This document shows, one piece after another, positions 61,833 to 64,000 of a stretch of 64,000 nucleotides of DNA; within the stretch, counting starts at the first letter, position 1, and every line of letters begins with the position of its first letter. The stretch spans positions 64,001 through 128,000 of the forward strand of contig JBHLOC010000002.1 of assembly GCA_048940925.1 (NCBI GenBank). The letters are read 5' to 3'. The position numbers were made by a program, and so were the translations under genes. The notes under the pieces are model-generated. The model was not told the origin of the DNA and searched no databases. It saw nothing but the letters and a program-made list of their open reading frames with translations. Origin of the DNA: Promethearchaeota archaeon. Lineage in GTDB: Archaea > Asgardarchaeota > Lokiarchaeia > Sigyniarchaeales > SOKP01.

Positions 61833-61902
61833 TATTATTATTCTCTATTAGATTTTTCAAAATTTTTACATTAGAATAAATAATATTCTAAAAACTCCAT
61901 TT

Positions 61903-62790
61903 TTAATTTTTAACTTTAGATGCGTTTTTAGAAATTCCATTTATTACTTGTGGCCACACTTCTGGTGGTAAACTATGCCCCATTCCTTCAATAATGAGTA
62001 GCTCTGCCTTAGGAATCGCCTCCACCGTATCTTTACCTCCTTCAAGCGGAATAAGAGGATCAGCACTTCCATGAATTACAAGGGTAGGAACATTTATAGA
62101 ACCTAAAGCTGATTTACGATTACCAGTAGCCATAATTGCTGCCATTTGACGTGTATAGCCAGGCTGATAATTTGAACGATCATATGAAGCAGAAACAAAT
62201 TTACGCGCCCTTTCTTCATCAAAAGGAATACCAGTACCATGAAAAATTCGCATACGATTTACACCATCTTCAATAATTGCTTCACGTCCATTAGGTGGGG
62301 GTTTTATTAATTCTTGCATAACTTCTGATTTTGGGCGGGGTAAATCAGGATTACCTGTACTACTCATAATAGAAATAAGAGATAAAACACGAGAAGGGTG
62401 CCTGTATGCAATCACTTGAACGATCATCCCTCCCATTGAAGCACCACAAATATGCGCTTTTTCAATATTAAGAATATCAAGAAGTCCAACAGCATCATCA
62501 GCCATATCTTCTAAAGTATATGGTGCTTCAACTTTCTCTCCTTTTTGTGCAGCCATGAATAATTTCATCAAATCTGGTTCGCCTACTTTTTCAAATTTGG
62601 TAGATAGTCCAACATCACGATTATCAAAGCGAATCACAAAGAAACTATATTCCACGAGTTTTTTGCAAAATTCTTCGTCCCAATGGATCATCTGGTCGCC
62701 AAGTCCGTTAATTAATAATAAAGGCTTTGAGCTAGGATCCCCAAATGTGTCATATTCTATTTCAATATTATTAAATTTTGCCCTTGGCAT
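61903..62790 (-). CDS. Alpha/beta hydrolase
   Basis: RFDNRDVGLS, GASMGG, HGSADPL, GMGH. Confidence 0.9.
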   Translation of the reverse strand: MPRAKFNNIEIEYDTFGDPSSKPLLLINGLGDQMIHWDEEFCKKLVEYSFFVIRFDNRDVGLSTKFEKVGEPDLMKLFMAAQKGEKVEAPYTLEDMADDAVGLLDILNIEKAHICGASMGGMIVQVIAYRHPSRVLSLISIMSSTGNPDLPRPKSEVMQELIKPPPNGREAIIEDGVNRMRIFHGTGIPFDEERARKFVSASYDRSNYQPGYTRQMAAIMATGNRKSALGSINVPTLVIHGSADPLIPLEGGKDTVEAIPKAELLIIEGMGHSLPPEVWPQVINGISKNASKVKN

Positions 62791-63011
62791 AGTTTTTTCC
62801 TGTTACTACAATCTTGAATTATTACTATTTAGGTATTATTGAATGAGTATTAATTTTAATTAATTTAAAATTATTTCAATTTCAAAAAATCTATTTTTTT
62901 GCTATATACTCTTCAAGAAAATATTATTATAGAATATTTTTAAAAAGTTTAGATAGTTAAAAAAAAGGAAGTTAATGAAATTAAATTTTCTATAATATAA
63001 GCTTTTTAGAA

Positions 63012-63389
63012 TTAACCCTTTTCCTTACGGAGTTCCCAGAATGTCCAAAATGCGAAAGCAAGATCAATAACACCAAATAAAATAATAAGAGGACTCACTA
63101 ATTCTAATATAACAAATATTATTAAGAAAATTATAACCGTAGCTCTTGTTTGTGCTGTCCACATAAAAAATTTTTTCATTCCCTCTTCGTCTATGGATGC
63201 CCGAATAAAGTAATAAGCTAAAAATAAAAAAATCATTCCTAAGACACGTGAAGCTACATCAGGGGGATTTGGTTCTGCTAGTATTGTAAACATGAGTCCA
63301 GGAAAAAACAAAAATGTTATCCCCAAAAATATTAGATATATACCGAAGATAAAAACAGATAAGGCAGCTCTACTCATATCTTTAAACAT
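63012..63389 (-). CDS. Hypothetical 4-TM membrane protein
   Basis: Hydrophobic ORF with an upstream GGTGA. Confidence 0.65.
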   Translation of the reverse strand: MFKDMSRAALSVFIFGIYLIFLGITFLFFPGLMFTILAEPNPPDVASRVLGMIFLFLAYYFIRASIDEEGMKKFFMWTAQTRATVIIFLIIFVILELVSPLIILFGVIDLAFAFWTFWELRKEKG

Positions 63390-63602
63390 TTAGAATTTCA
63401 CCATTTAATCCTTAAATATAAATTCAGTTTCAATTTATTACTGATTTAAATTAGGTGTAAGCATTCTTCATTTTTAATAACTCTATTTATTAATTAGAAA
63501 ATAAGTCAGAACTATTTAATTGAAAATATAATTTCTAAAATTTTGCCATTTTGAGTTAATTTCTATAATCTTAAAATGAAAAAAAGATATGAATAAAAAT
63601 AT

Positions 63603-63998
63603 TTATTCAGTATGAGCTGATATTATTAAATCAGCAAAAAGTTTCATGTCATTTAATAACATATTTAATTTATCTTGAGACTCTCTGTCCAAATCTCCGG
63701 ATTTCATTACAAGCACAGATATAATATACTTGAAAATATGAAGTTCAATTTCTTTACCATCACCATCTCTTCCACCAAATTTAGCAGAATCTGCCATAAA
63801 GATGTTTTCCCGAACTGTATTACATGCATTAATAAAATCTCTTAAATCCCCTCGTAGAGTTAAACCACTACTTACTCCTTGAACATTATGAACAATTACA
63901 TTCCCTGAAATATCGGCAATTATTACCTTCGCCTTAATCTCATCAAGTTGTTTTTCTGCCTTTTCAACATGAGTTTTTAGTTCTGCATAAGAAGATAT
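63603..63998 (-). CDS. Hypothetical protein running to the window edge (possibly roadblock/profilin-like)
   Basis: Frame is open from 63998 (ISSYAELK...KVIIADISGNVIVHN...). Confidence 0.5.
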   Translation of the reverse strand: MSSYAELKTHVEKAEKQLDEIKAKVIIADISGNVIVHNVQGVSSGLTLRGDLRDFINACNTVRENIFMADSAKFGGRDGDGKEIELHIFKYIISVLVMKSGDLDRESQDKLNMLLNDMKLFADLIISAHTE

Positions 63999-64000
63999 TA

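Overview
AT-rich archaeal chromosome segment that looks like an Asgard archaeon (Lokiarchaeia/Promethearchaeota-like). The assignment rests on archaeal ribosomal protein L10e, an archaeal-type RNase P RNA, a Loki-CTERM-like surface protein, and many eukaryotic-signature genes (Rag-, Rab- and MglA-like GTPases, longin domains, an arrestin-like protein, ubiquitin machinery). The left third is mostly housekeeping or metabolic: rnpB, rubrerythrin, stomatin, dnaJ/dnaK/grpE, methylmalonyl-CoA mutase with MeaB, a LUD/CCG Fe-S pair, a radical SAM protein and rpl10e. The middle holds a triplicated convergent module of a solute-binding protein plus a membrane-anchored beta-rich protein; one SBP copy is pseudogenised. 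The best candidate for a new system is a ubiquitin-like conjugation cluster (Ubl-GG-S, E2, E1, JAMM). It is co-oriented with three longin/degenerate-GTPase fusion genes and a wHTH-TPR regulator that has a palindromic operator, and a membrane RING-like E3 candidate lies about 3.4 kb away. The right part has IOR, a second wHTH-TPR paralog, a TPR-longin/Rab/PCI-like/MglA/arrestin cluster, and a truncated two-component module. Independently, at least five intact genes, including rpl10e, appear to start at ATT/ATC/ATA codons after a Shine-Dalgarno-like motif. No tRNA, rRNA, CRISPR array or transposase was recognised. All family calls come from reading motifs by eye, not from database searches.
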